Below, piece after piece: positions 1 to 14,132 of a stretch of 64,000 bases of DNA. The stretch is from Eledone cirrhosa (Eukaryota): NCBI GenBank assembly GCA_964016885.1, contig OZ024741.1, positions 53,692,001 through 53,756,000 of the forward strand. Reading direction: 5' to 3'. The notes under the pieces were generated by a model. It did not search any database. It worked only from the letters and a program-made list of their open reading frames with translations, and was not told the origin of the DNA. A program made the position numbers and the translations under genes. Each line of letters starts with the position of its first letter. Within the stretch, counting starts at the first letter, position 1.

Positions 1-55
1 TATTATTACAACAATATGACCCTCCCTATGTATATATATATATATATATATATAT

Positions 56-371
56 GGTAAATTTCTTTAAGTCGTTTGGAAGCCTCGACATTGCAAATGG
101 GTAAATCTCCGGGTAACAAGATCCGGTGGTGGAGAGAGAGATGTAAGTGGGTGTACGTTGAGATGCGTGGCGTGTATAAGACGCCTTTTCCTTCATTCCT
201 CTACACGTCTTATACACGCCACGCATCTCAACGTACACCCACTTACATCTCTCTCTCCACCACCGGATCTTGTTACCCGGAGATTTACCCATTTGCATTG
301 TCGAGGCTTCCAAACGACTTAAAGAAATTTACCTTATTATTCAACAATGCTTCAAGCAAACTTCAATACTC

Positions 372-375
<4 letters not shown>
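56..375. mobile_element. Fold-back 3'-end fragment of PLE family A inserted in (TA)n
   Basis: Arms 56-183 and 206-333 are near-perfect reverse complements (128 bp, 22-bp spacer). Sequence matches the 3' UTR of the PLEs at 19906-20090 and 55001-55200. Confidence 0.85.
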
Positions 376-417
<42 letters not shown>

Positions 418-724
418 GTATTTATATATGTAAGTATACAGCCGCGACAGACCAAGATCTTTACGAAACACCATTCACATACACAGACTAACTATCACAC
501 AAAATTACTCAACAAGTTGTATACGCGTGCGCATATATAATTATGTATGTGTATGAATGTACGTATATGTATAGGTATGCCTAAACAATCCACAGACACA
601 CGCACAGAAAAATAAAGCGATTAAATTTTAGGCACACAAATGGCACACAAATATATTCGAGTCGTGAGATAGTTGAGAAAAATGCCACGGTAAATATAGT
701 GAGCACCTCTCTCACTCTATCTCC

Positions 725-1590
<866 letters not shown>

Positions 1591-1934
1591 GTTACTGGAA
1601 GAGCAGAAGAACATTAAGTATGTACGTGTAGTTTATAGGTAAGACAGATACTTAGAATCGATATAGATTATCTATATAATCTCTATAAATATATAGTGGA
1701 ATACGTTCTGTTCATAAATGATTTCAGCAAAGAGAAGAAACAGACGAATTTGAGATTCCTAAAAGACCATTAGAAGAATATGATGATGGAAAACTTATTG
1801 ATTAATGTATTTGTTTTAACAAACAGGAATTATCATTCCATTACTCAAAAGTAGAAATCTGGTGGTCATTACTGAACAATATTTACTACGTATAGAGACC
1901 TGGTCACACAAGAATTTGTATATATATATATATA

Positions 1935-2306
1935 TGAAAATTAGAATTGGTGCTCATACAGTGTATTGCAAAATCACTATATATACATTCATATATATAT
2001 CGCTATATCAGAGCACCAATTCTAATTTTCAATTTCCGCTTGACCGGCAACCGCTCCATATAATCAGTTCCTGATTATTACTAGAATTCTATAAGAATCT
2101 AATATTCATGATTTTCAGCAAACAGGTGGAATAGTTAGCTTTGATAAGCACCAAAAAGTGTGAAACAGAGCTCTGTCAGCTTTATCTCCCCTGTTTGCTG
2201 AAAATTAAAGTAAGTGAGACTGTCACTACTCTAAAACAATAGCGTAAGGTCTTCGAAATGCTTTTAATTAAGCATACAGTGTATTGCAAAATACACTATA
2301 TATACA

Positions 2307-2315
<9 letters not shown>
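1935..2315 (+). mobile_element. Retrozyme-like ~318-bp unit (family B) with terminal redundancy and short 5' inversion
   Basis: CATACAGTGTATTGCAAAA recurs at 1955 and 2273. 1935-1955 is the reverse complement of 2011-2031. Homologous to 13690-14389 and flanked by (TA)n. Confidence 0.75.
2137..2181 (+). ncRNA. Type I hammerhead ribozyme, U3-A8 variant
   Basis: agct-TTGATAA-gcac caaaaa gtgt-GAAA-cagagctct-GTC-agct. Stem III is palindromic. Outer helix 2111-2126/2190-2205. Confidence 0.75.
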
Positions 2316-2369
<54 letters not shown>

Positions 2370-2371
<2 letters not shown>

Positions 2372-3221
2372 GTAACAGGACATTTTCTGCTGTGTGACCT
2401 ATGTGTGGGGTAGGGATTAGCGTGTTTCGTAGCCAAGTGACGTAATATCCAGGGAGTATATAACTGCGATCTCAGCTCTCTGCTTGTATTGTATGTTTTT
2501 TTGGCGTGCATTTGTTAACAGCTACTCACTTTTAGACCGTCGACTGATGGGTAGAGAGCAACAAACCACCCTCAAGTCTCTGGTCCGGCTGGGGAAAACT
2601 GTCAGAAACACTCGGTATACTGCAGCAAGTTACGGAGATAAGACGAAGGCAAAAAACGTTTAAAGAGATGCCAAGATGTGATTCATGACCCCAGCACCGA
2701 GTGGCCTTCAACGAACATGACTTAGGTCAACGTTGAGAACGCGAGGCAGTTGGTGCGTGGCGATTGTTGACTGTTTGACTGATTGCAAGTGAGTTGGGCA
2801 TGAACTGCAACAACGTTTGGAAGTTTAACACCAAATATTTTGGCATGAGGAATATCGCCTGCTCACAAAGTCCTGGGCATACGGCAGTTCCTGGCCGAGA
2901 AGATCCACGCCACACTGGAACAACCTCTTTATTCACCTGATCTTGTTCCGTGTGACGTTTTTTTCTTTTCCAAAAGATCAAGGGGGTCATGAAGGGGACC
3001 AGTTTTGAAGGCGTGAAGGCCATTAAGAGGGCCATAAGAAGGAGCTGAGGGGCATCCCAGAAGAATTCTTCCAGCAGTGCATAGAACCGTGACAGAATGA
3101 TTGAAACGTGCATTAGATTCGAAGGGGATTACTTTGGATGGAGAACCATGTAGCTTCTTGTTTGTAATTGAAATAAATTGTTTGTGAGGCCAGTCCCACT
3201 ACCTTTAGGACATACTTCGTA
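2370..3221 (+). mobile_element. Decayed, internally deleted mariner transposon
   Basis: Broken frames give SLVRLGKT, LIASELGM, QFLAEK, LEQPLYSPDLVPCD (YSPDL motif) and CIRFEGDYF. A 3' TIR-like end ...ggacatacttcgTA is present. Confidence 0.8.
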
Positions 3222-3254
3222 TATATAATATATGTGGACATATAAACATAAGTT

Positions 3255-3730
3255 ACAGGGAGTGAGTATTTGTCATATTACGCATGGGCTACTTTGTTAT
3301 CTCTAAGCCAAGCTGAGTCGTGCGTCTGTCATTGTGTACTTTTCCACGTATCAATATGCTAACCATGCAAGAACTTCTCATGTAACAATGGCACTTCTCC
3401 AAGAACTCTTTACTGATTGGATAATTTCGAAAGAAATTTGGCCACCAAGCTCACCTGACTTGACACCACCAGATAATGTTTTCTGAGATTCAGCTAAAGG
3501 ATCAGTGTATAAGAATCGCCCGAAAACAATTAAGGAATTGAAAGATGCACTCATAACCTTCAAACGGTCCATAGCACGTATACTCTCCAAGATCTGTTTC
3601 AAAAGAAGTGTAAAAGCGTCCTGTTATGTAATGAAAACGAAGGATGACATTTTCATCACCTCATATAAAGTCTTAGAAAGAATTTTATTTCCATTTCATT
3701 TTACATTATTTATTTTAATTTCGAAATAAA
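3255..3730 (+). mobile_element. Decayed Tc1/mariner-superfamily transposase C-terminal remnant
   Basis: IISKEIWPPSSPDLTPPDNVF*DSAKGSVYKNRPKTIKELK resembles the WPxxSPDLTPxDF.LWG..K..VY motif. Confidence 0.7.
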
Positions 3731-3857
3731 ATAATTGCTGCGGAGAGACTTTTGTATCTATACAGATTAATACATTTGCACACATACACACACGCAAACA
3801 CACCCACCCACACCCACCCACACAAGCATGCGCGCGCACACACACTCACACACTCAC

Positions 3858-3943
<86 letters not shown>

Positions 3944-4142
3944 AGTAGAGATCGAGAGAGATCGAGAGGGATAGAGAGAAAGAGAGAAGGGGAAGAGGCA
4001 GAGAGATAGAAAGACACTAAATATATGTATGGTGTTTGTATAATATGATTTGAAATCACTTGAAATACAAATTTAGTTTCTACTTTCATAAAGCGTGACA
4101 AATCCCTGGTGACGAAATAGGAATAATTCTATCTATCTATCT

Positions 4143-7100
4143 ACTGGAATGGTATCCTAGATGCACGCTGGGACTACGTAGGGGCCTGCCCCGATAGAGA
4201 GGGGTGTAATAGCCTCAAAGGGTTAATCGGTCGATTTGACCTGGCCGATAGATATCGACTAGATTTTCCGACTGCGCCAACCTGGACTTGGGCAAATCGT
4301 AGCGGATCATCTAGGTCGTACCTAGATAGGTTCTTAGTTAGAATTAAGGATAAGGACTTTTTAAGTTGTCCAAAAATGCGCATGGTTGGCTATTCAGACC
4401 ACAAATTAGTGACCTGCATGGTCAACCTTGACAGAACTCATAGACAGGGCCCCGGTTACTGGAAGCTCAACTTGTCCTTGCCGGCAAGTAGAGCCTACAG
4501 GAATCGGATTAGTACGTTAGTTAAGGAACGGTTGACTGGAGCGATCGTCAACAGCAGGTGGTGGGTATCTCTAAAGAGAGAGATTAGAGTAGTCTCGATA
4601 GAATTTAGTAAGGTTCTAGCTGCGGATAGGAATAGGAAGGAAAGGGAGCTAATAGATAGAGTAGAAGAGGCAATTAGAAGCGGCGACGTGGCCAGAGTGC
4701 TAGCGTCGAGAACGGCTTTGAGCCAGTTTTTCGACGCGAAGCACGAAGGCTGCGTTGTCCGAAGTAAAATACGTGCTCTAGGGAACGAGGGGACCAAAGC
4801 TGTTAGCTGGGCCCGCGTGACAGAGGCCAACAGTGGAACTAAATCCACCATCCGGTCTTTGCGAGACCTGGATGGACGGGCGATTCTTGAGCCTAAGCAG
4901 ATGTGTGAGGCCTTTCAAAGGCACTTTGCCCGACTGTTCGGGAGGGGCGGGGAGCCGGTTGGGAACGTGGACTTCGGTCCATACCTCGACGGCCTGCCGC
5001 GCCTCTCGGACAGGGAGGCGAAGTCCTGCGAGGAGCCGATTTCGGCCGCTGAGATAGAGGAGGTGCTGAGCCAATGCAGCAAACGCAAATCCCCGGGTCT
5101 CGATGGTCTTCCTTACGAATTATATCTAGCTATGCCGGACTTGTTCCCCGATCTCCTCGAGGCGGTCTACTGCAACTGGCAACAGAACGGGAGAATTCCC
5201 TGTACTGTGACCAAGGGCGTAGTCACGCTAGTGAGGAAGGACGAGAACAAGGGGGACGATATAAATAATTTCAGGCCCATAACTCTGCTAAATACAGAGT
5301 TACAGATTTTGGCCAAGGTGCTAGCAAAGAGGTTGGCGCTTGTCGTGGGCAACCTGGTGGGAGATGCGCATACATGCGCTATCCCGTCCAGGTCCATCCA
5401 TGACAACCTCCACCTCATGCGATAAATCATAGAGAGGGTTGGGAACGAACCCGGCTTTGGTGGGGCTCTGATCAACTTGGATCAATCTAAGGCGTTCGAT
5501 AGGGTCGACCATGGTTATCTGGATGCGGTGCTAGCAGCGGCAGGCTTCGGACCCGTTTTTAGGGGCTGGATCACTGCTATGCACAGCAGCCGCATCTGCT
5601 CTAGTGTCAAGGTGAACGGCTACCTCTCGGAGCCGTTCAAAATCGCGCGGTCCATCCGACAAGGGTGCCCTCTCTCCTCCCTTCTGTATGTGTTGACTCT
5701 CGAGCCACTACTGCGGGAGTTGGAGTTGTTGCAGGGCATCCCTTTGGAACCGGGATTGCGGAAAGCGGTGTCGGCCTACGCCGATGACGTGACAGTAATG
5801 GTGTCGACGGCCTCCGAAATCGAGGCGGTCGGCACCTTACTGGAGCAGTACGAAAAGTTCACAGGGGCTAAGCTGAACCGGGACAAGTCGATCGGTTTGC
5901 AACTCGGCACGTGGAGGGGCAGACCGATGCCCTCCGATGGCGTCGTCGGACGCTGGACGGAGGGCCTGGTGAAGTTGCTCGGGGTCTGGTTCGGACCGGA
6001 CCTCCAGGTGGAGAAAAGCTGGGCGGAGGTTACGAACAGGGTGTTTGCACTGACCCAGAAGTGGGCCAGTTGCAAACTATCCCTGAAAGGTCGGGCGGAG
6101 GTGGCGAACACCTACATAGCGTCCGTCATCTACTACCGTCTGACCGTAGTGCCCTGCCCAATGGAAACCCTCACCAAGATGGAGCGCGCGCTCTTCCAAT
6201 TCCTTTGGAAGAGGCGGGCTCCTATGGTGCGGAGATCCATCTGCTGTCAACACCCTTCGAAAGGAGGGCTGGGGATGCCGTGGCTAATGGTGCGTAAACA
6301 CGCATTAAGGCTACGGCACCTCTACGTATTCCTCACCGGACAACCGGTGTGGGCCTCGTTTGTGAGACGAACCTTTCCCAGACTCGTCTCACTCACCGAG
6401 CTGCAATCCTGGGTCAAGCAAAGACCGAGAAAACTGGGCGCCTGGCACACTGAGTGTGCCCAGGCGCTCACCGCCCTCTGGCAGGCGGATCCGGTTGTCA
6501 GTGGAGACTCCACCGCAACATTCTATAGAGGGCTGGTACGCAGCAGGTGCGACGACGCCCTCGGAGAAGCCCTAGACATGGAGGAGGACGAACTGGCCGG
6601 CCTGTTCGGTAGGACATTCAGCCCGGGACCTATGGACAACTTCCAGAAGTCCCTGGCCTAGCAGTGCTACCGAGGAGCTTTACCCGTTCGAGAAATGCTC
6701 CACAGACACGGGCGCCCGGGTAGGGACCCCGCCAAAAAGATCTGTCCCAGATGCGTGTGCGACGAGGAAACCGTTGCACACGCATTGGTACACTGCTCGG
6801 GCGTAGCCGATCTGTGGGGCTATGTCGAACAACTGCTGTCAAGGGTGGGACCGATCCGGTTGACCACCGAGTCTATTGTAATGATCAAGCCGCCACCCCC
6901 TTCAAAGATGAAGCAGAGGCGGTGTTTCTGTGCGTAATAGCCATGGCGAAAGAGGTTGTATGGTGGACGCGTCTGAAAGGACTGAGGTCTGGCACCTTTC
7001 TCTCTGGCCAACAACTGGTCCGTTTCTTCCGATATCATTTCGGAAGAAGGATCAGGATGGAGAGAGAGGTGCTTCACCCCAGTCGTTTTTATGAAAGGTG

Positions 7101-7477
7101 GGTGAAAGTGGCGAGAATGGCCCGTGTGAATGGGCCTTCTCTTTACATGAGCCTGTAGGTGGAAAAGAGGAAGGAACGAGAGAGCACCCCCCTCTGTGCT
7201 CCTGAGGAAAAGGGTTGCACACTTTTTTCGGGGGTGTGTGCGACCCCCCAAGGCGCCTCCTCTCTATTGAGGATTTTGTTATAAATTTTATTTTTTGTTA
7301 TATTTTATAACAAAATCCTCTATTGAGGATTTTGTTATAATTCTATTTTTTGTTATATTTTATTTTATTTTTATATATTGTTATTGCCTCCTCCCTATTG
7401 AGGACGCCTTGTTTTGTAAACTCCCCCCATTGTACTTGTCCCACTTTTGATGCCCTTGTGGCAAATAAAAGAAACAT
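4143..7477 (+). mobile_element. 5'-truncated Tx1-clade LINE flanked by (TATC)n
   Basis: Colinear with 27523-30771. Short (ATCT)3 immediately upstream, AATAAA followed by long (TATC)n downstream. Confidence 0.92.
4145..7158 (+). pseudogene. Disrupted Tx1 ORF2 (partial APE endonuclease, RT, Cys/His domain)
   Basis: SDHKLV, KSPGLDG, FRPITLLN, LDQSKAFDRVDH, RQGCPLS, YADD, CPRC..ETVAHALVHC. Stops at 5423 and 6659, frameshift near 6900. Confidence 0.92.
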
Positions 7478-7486
7478 ATCTATATA

Positions 7487-7616
<130 letters not shown>

Positions 7617-7712
7617 TTCCGTTTTATAATTCCTCCTATTCTGATTTTTCCATTAACAACTTCAGAAATATTGACAGATTTTATTTTATACTTCCCTGTA
7701 TCTCTGTATATT

Positions 7713-7846
<134 letters not shown>

Positions 7847-7886
7847 AGTATGTATGTATACATATATATATATATAGAGAGAGAGA

Positions 7887-7922
<36 letters not shown>

Positions 7923-8406
7923 GGAGAGAGAGAAAGAGATTGAAAGAGATAGAGCTAGATATATAGAGAGAGATATGCATATGCATGTACGTGTGTGGGT
8001 GTGCCTTATTTGTTTGTTTGAGCTTGTGTTTAGGTATTTATATATGTCAGTGTGTATGTATGCATGTATGTATTCATGCATGATTGTATGTATGTATGCA
8101 GGTATGTGTGCACGTATGTTTGTGCATGAATGTATGTATACATATATGCGCGAATACATCTTAAGAAAAAAAAACATCCCAAGTGCGTCAACTGTCAAAG
8201 AAGAGAGAGAACAGAGCGCATATGCCTAACCAAAGAAGAAAAACATAGAAATGAGAGAAATAGTATAACAGAAGAGAATAATAAGGACTGTAGTCCAGCT
8301 TGCAGAAAGATAAGGACATAGAAATGTTCACATCCAAACATAGATTCCATAGAAATGTCATAGTATTAGAAAATAGAAATTAAGTTGCTAGCAGCTGCTA
8401 CAGGGT

Positions 8407-8454
<48 letters not shown>

Positions 8455-8457
<3 letters not shown>

Positions 8458-8612
8458 ACATTGGAAAATGTTCGAGACTGGACTCCAGAAATAGCCGTCG
8501 AAACGACGTGAGCTCTGCCGTCGGGGTCTTGAACTTTTTACTTTTACCCGCTCTACTACCCTAAGTATTGAGTACTCTCATGCGTTTTGGTCCACCTGGT
8601 ATCTTAAAACAC
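8455..8612 (+). repeat. Family G repeat 3' end with hammerhead-shaped motif
   Basis: CCAGAAATAGCCGTCGAAAC..GAGCTCTGCCGTCGG is shared with 11430, 24537 and 56551(-). Ends ttccttcgt-(TA)n as at 56455(-). Confidence 0.7.
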
Positions 8613-8620
8613 TTCCTTCG

Positions 8621-8701
<81 letters not shown>

Positions 8702-8742
8702 AAAGAGAGAGAAAGAGAGAAAGAGAGAAAGAGAGAAAGAGT

Positions 8743-8830
<88 letters not shown>

Positions 8831-9322
8831 GAACGAGGAGCTTGTTAGGTAGGTTGATACACAAAGGGAAGATATATGCCATGGAAGGAGAATCTCGATG
8901 GTCACTCAACTGGGAGCAATGCCACAACAAATCTTTCAGTAATACCTACACCAGGCCTTTTACAGAAACACTTACATACTGGATATATTATGTGTGAAAG
9001 TTTCGGATCGTTTTGAGCATATATCAGAATTATGGAGTCTGGGCATAGGCAAAAGAACATTAATAAAAACAACAGGAACAACACTGATCATATTTCAGCA
9101 AGATTAAAATCTGTTCGCTGCAATTTGAAACCTTGATGTTGCTATCAAATGTTTCACCTTCCCAGTCTTATATAAGGTTTTAAACAAATTTCATCAAATT
9201 AATATACATATGTATATATATATGGGCTAGGTAGATGCGTGTGTGTATGTCGGGAGTGTCTGTGTGCGCATTTCTTTGTGTTTATGTTTGTGAGTGTATA
9301 TGTCTGTGTGTATACATGTATG

Positions 9323-9390
<68 letters not shown>

Positions 9391-10020
9391 TGAGACAGTA
9401 AACAAAAACAAAAGAAAACAACGTGGAAGCGAAGAGGCAGTACAAATATTAATATTAGTTTCACGCTTGAGAGTATATATATATATATTTATATATATAT
9501 ATATGCATACATACATTCGTATATATGCAACTTTTGTATACGTACATTCATACAAGCACACAAACATACATTAGTGTGTTGAAGAAACACACGTGATGTG
9601 AATAGGGCAAATAATTTTGAAATAAGTTAAACGGTAATTGAACCCGGAAAGACCTTGAACAATTAATGGTTTAGGAAAGAGACGGGAGAGGTGTGCAAAA
9701 ACAACTTAAAGAGAGGGGAGAAATAGCTTTCATTGTTCAATTAGCTTTTACTGTGTCATTGTCTTCTTATTTGTCTTGGCGGCGTCTACCATCTCTCATT
9801 CTGGCTCTCTCAAACTATTTTCCTTTCTCTTCCCATCTCTCTCTCTCTGTATCTATCTATCTATCTATCTTTCTCTCTAAGACGCCGGACGATTTTGGCA
9901 TTTAACTTCCGGTTCATTAACTTATTCGACATAATGGTAATCAGACTTGTAGCCTCAGGTTGATACTGTCCCGAAAATCAATGGGATGTACAGCTTAATA
10001 TATAACAACCAACACATACG

Positions 10021-10075
<55 letters not shown>

Positions 10076-10081
10076 GTCTCT

Positions 10082-10121
<40 letters not shown>

Positions 10122-10168
10122 CTTATAATCTATCTATCCATGTATTTCTATAATTTTCTCTCTCTCTC

Positions 10169-10245
<77 letters not shown>

Positions 10246-10253
10246 ATGTATGT

Positions 10254-10304
<51 letters not shown>

Positions 10305-12038
10305 CATATCACGATAAATTAACGGAGCCATAGATTCTCGCTATTCCCTGTCAATAATGTGCTCAAAGGAGAAGAAATCCTGAGCTCGTTAAAATACAAT
10401 ATGTTGAAAAGGTAACAGACTAGGTAACATACAGTGCGCTATCAATAACATACATATACATACATACAGGCATATATACATACATATGTACATACATACA
10501 TGTGTCCGTGTGAAAGTATATATACGTTTACGGGCTCTTAAGCCTGGATGGGGCTGTAGAAGGCAGTGTAGGTATATAGAGCTTGTTCGAAGCATTTAAA
10601 GTGCGCGGAGCCCATTCCTCACCAGGTTTAAAATCGACCAACTTCTAGTGAAAAGGTGAGAGAAAAACGGGAAAATAAGAGAAAAAAACCAACAAGTATA
10701 CTGGACTACTACATTTTTTGTACGAGCTTTTATGTAGCTTGCACTAGAACTTTTGTATCGTGGCGGCACCCTTAGAGATAGTATTAGTATTCTTAACGGG
10801 ACTCTGAATTATTATTTCGTATTAGTTTACTATTTTGCACTGGGTGGTTGCTGGCCTTGTGCCTGGGGTAGAAACCTTTATTTATTATTTCGTGGTAGTT
10901 TCTTTAGTATTTTGGCCCCTCACTTGTTGACCCGTCACCGTAAAATATACTCGGTTTATTACTTATACCTCTTAAAAGGGTCTCATTATAATTCCGTCCC
11001 ACCTAGCATACTTTTTTTAGCCTAGCAGTACCAGTGAGAGACTTACGTCGTAGTAACCAGAAATTGTTTATTTTTTTTTTTACATTTAATTGCTTTTTAA
11101 CACTCGGTATTTTTCTATATATTTACCCCTTATTGTTCTACTTATTGTTTCGACTTCCTCCCCCTCCCCCTCCCTAGTATCTTCTTTGACCTCATGCCCA
11201 GCTGTAGTCGACACTATCAACGCATGAATGGGTCTCCTCCACCCCCTCTCCCTCTTTCTCCTACTGGCAGGTTTAGCTACCCCTTCCCTCCACAAATTGC
11301 CATCATAGAATTATTGTGTCTCAACAACAAACTTTTGACCAATCCTTGTGACAATCACTTTGACCTTATATGGAATTACCCCTTGAGAAGCTCGGCTATT
11401 CAAATACCAGGATAAAAATGTTCATTTAGTCCAGAATTAGCCGTCGAAACGGCTTGAGCTCAGCCGTCGTGGTCCTACTAGTTCCTATATATATATATAT
11501 ATATATTTATTAAAATAACAGATTAAAGTTTAAGCAAAGAATCGCTGCTTTCACCCTTAACGGGATCTTCTGAAGCTAACAAAGTCAATCTGTAAACGCA
11601 GAAGTGAATATTTCAAAAAAGGTTGCGACCGGGAGAAGACAGGAAGACGATACTTTGGTACGTGGAAACGTTCCCTGGCAAAGAACGGGAAAAAACGAAT
11701 ATAATACGTCATTAATAGGAGCGGTGAAAAACAATTACACGCAAAGACAGAACCTCGTTTTTGGTAAAAATGAAGTTGTAGACTAATATTCTCTTAGGCG
11801 GTTCATAGAGACGTTCTCAGGCAATAAACGAAAAATAACGAAGATAATACGTCATATGTGGAGCGTGGAGAACAATTGCACACAAAGACAAAACCACGTA
11901 AATGGTATAACTGAAGTCTTAGACTAAAATTCTAACTAGGAAACCGAATGATTCTCCGCTTAAGAGTTGAGAATAAAGTAAAGAAATACAGAGGTAATTG
12001 AAATTAAATAAATACATACACGCATCCAAATACGTAAC

Positions 12039-12326
12039 ATGCATACCCATTCTTTTCGTTACCCTCTAAGAAGAAATATGACGTCACTTTCAGATTATAT
12101 CTGGGGTCTAAAACACAACCACACCCAATATAAGTTACACTGGGAGATCCTAACTAGGGCTAGATCTTATAACGGAAATAAAAGACCTCTGCGCCGCTGA
12201 GACCCGGAAATACTCGACGCCACAGACCACATCTTAAACAAAAAATCTGAGGCAATTTCGGCTTGTACACATAAATTGCACAAAACTTTCCTGTATTACA
12301 GCCCCACATTATACCCTAACGAATAG
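12039..12326 (+). pseudogene. PLE GIY-YIG endonuclease C-terminal fragment (not in ORF track)
   Basis: HTHSF..TSLSDYIWGLK..YKLHWEILTRARSYNG / DLCAAE / ILNKKSEAISACTH..TFLYYSP with two frameshifts. Aligns by eye to the 39019-39252 peptide. Confidence 0.8.
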
Positions 12327-13249
12327 TACGATCTATACGCGGATAATTTACGTCTTGATGTGGTAGCTAAGTATATGTTATGTTTATACCATTACTTATT
12401 TGCATAGGTAAGTATATATTACATGTATGTTTTGTGAAGGTACGTATACTTTCTCGTACGTATATTTGATTGTATATGTTATGGTGTATATTTTATATAT
12501 TCTGGTACATATGCTTTTGGTTATGTGTATACCGTGAGTTTTGCGTCTGTGTGAGTATGCGTGTTCGTACGTATGTAGGGTGTGTGTATATGTGTACTTC
12601 GTGTTTTGGTTGACGTACGTCTCCGAACATTTGTGTATTTACATGTAGGTATGTGTGTGCGCTTGTTATATACGTATTTATTTATTTATATACGTTTATT
12701 TAATTATTTGTATACACGCACCCATACACATATTTATATGTGCGTGTATTTGTATACATATAGCAATTGTTTTCGCGTATGCTTGTGTATCTACGTATTT
12801 GGATGCGTGTATGTATTTATTTAATTTCAATTACCTTTGTATTTTTTTACTTTATTCTTAACTCTGAAGCGGAGAATCATTCGGTTTCCTAGTTAGGACT
12901 TTAGTCTAAGACTTCAGTTATACCATTTACGTGGTTTTGTCTTTGTGTGCAATTGTTCTCCACGCTCCACATATGACGTATTATCTTCGTTTTTCCCGTT
13001 CAATGCCAGAGAACGTCTCTATGAACCACCTAAGAGAATATTAGTCTACGACTTCTTTTATACCATAAACGTGGTTCTGTCTTTGCGTGTAATTGCTATT
13101 CAGCGCTCCAATTAATAACGTATTATATTCGTTTTTTCCCGTTCTTTGCCAGGGAACGTTTCCACGAACCAAAGTATCGTCTTCCTGTCTTCCTCCGGTC
13201 GCAACGTTTTTTGAAATAATCACTTCTGCGTTTACAGATTGACTTTGTT

Positions 13250-13300
13250 AGTTTCAGAAGATCACGTTAAGGGTGAAAGCAGCGATTCTTTGCTTAAACT
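13250..13300 (+). ncRNA. Type I hammerhead ribozyme variant (CAGAAGA core, CUU site); copies at 11527-11577(-) and ~13482-13532(+)
   Basis: agttt-CAGAAGA-tcac gttaa gggt-GAA-agca gcgattctt tgct-T-aaact. Outer helix acagatt/aatctgt. Confidence 0.6.
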
Positions 13301-13397
13301 TTAATCTGTTATTTTAATAAATATTTGCTCTACGGTTCTTATATATTTGATATATATTTATCCTTATCGAACCCTCTTTGGATTTTAGTTTTCAAAT

Positions 13398-13480
<83 letters not shown>

Positions 13481-13485
<5 letters not shown>

Positions 13486-13631
13486 TCAGAAGATACCGTT
13501 AAGGGTGAAAGCAGCGATTCTTTGCTTAAACTTTAATTTTAATAAATATTGGCTCTACGGTACTTATATATTTGATATATATTTTCCTTATCGAGCCCTC
13601 TTTGTATTTTAGTCTCCAAATGTATTATTAT

Positions 13632-13636
<5 letters not shown>
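13481..13636 (+). mobile_element. Second short 3' fragment of PLE family C (other fragments at 18933-19040 and 31356-31463)
   Basis: Direct copy of 13250-13410, separated from it by (TA)n. Confidence 0.8.
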
Positions 13637-13687
<51 letters not shown>

Positions 13688-13816
13688 ATAATATATATAT
13701 ATAATGTATTTTGCAATACACTTTATGCTTAATTAAAAGCATTTTGAAGACCGTAAGCTATTGTTTTAAAGTAGTGACAAATTCACTCACTTTGATCTCA
13801 GCAAACAGGGGAGATA

Positions 13817-13860
13817 AGCCGACAAGACTTGTTTCGCTTTGGTTGAAGCTTATCAAGGCC
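13817..13860 (-). ncRNA. Type I hammerhead ribozyme, U3-A8 variant
   Basis: Minus strand: ggcc-TTGATAA-gctt caacca aagc-GAAA-caagtctt-GTC-ggct. Outer helix ctcagcaaacagg/cctgtttgctgag. Confidence 0.75.
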
Positions 13861-14132
13861 AACTACCCAACCTGTTTGCTGAGATCATTGATGTTATATT
13901 CTTATAGAAATCTAGTAAATAATCAGGAGCTGATTATGCAGAGCGGTTGTTGGTCAGGCAGAAATTAAAAATTAGAATTAGAGCTCTGAAATAGCAATAT
14001 ATATATGGATGTATATATAATGTATTTTGCAATACACTTTATGCTTAATTGAAAGCATTTTGAAGACCGTAAGCTATTGTTTTAAAGTAGTGACAAATTC
14101 ACTCACTTTGATCTCAGCAAACAGGGGAGATA

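Larger units (their letters stand above)
11503..13420 (+). mobile_element. 5'-truncated PLE (family C, Hydra-type EN) with inverted pseudo-LTR copy at its 5' end
   Basis: 11503-12036 is the reverse complement of 12792-13324. The spacer encodes a GIY-YIG C-terminus, the 3' part carries an HHR, and both ends lie in (TA)n. Confidence 0.85.

Noticed and set aside
4495-6842. Antisense and alternate-frame ORFs conserved between the two Tx1 copies
   Set aside because: Expected shadows of a GC-rich coding frame in related copies.
11378-11410. cccTTGAGAAgc as another U3-A8 hammerhead
   Set aside because: No GAAA or stem III downstream.
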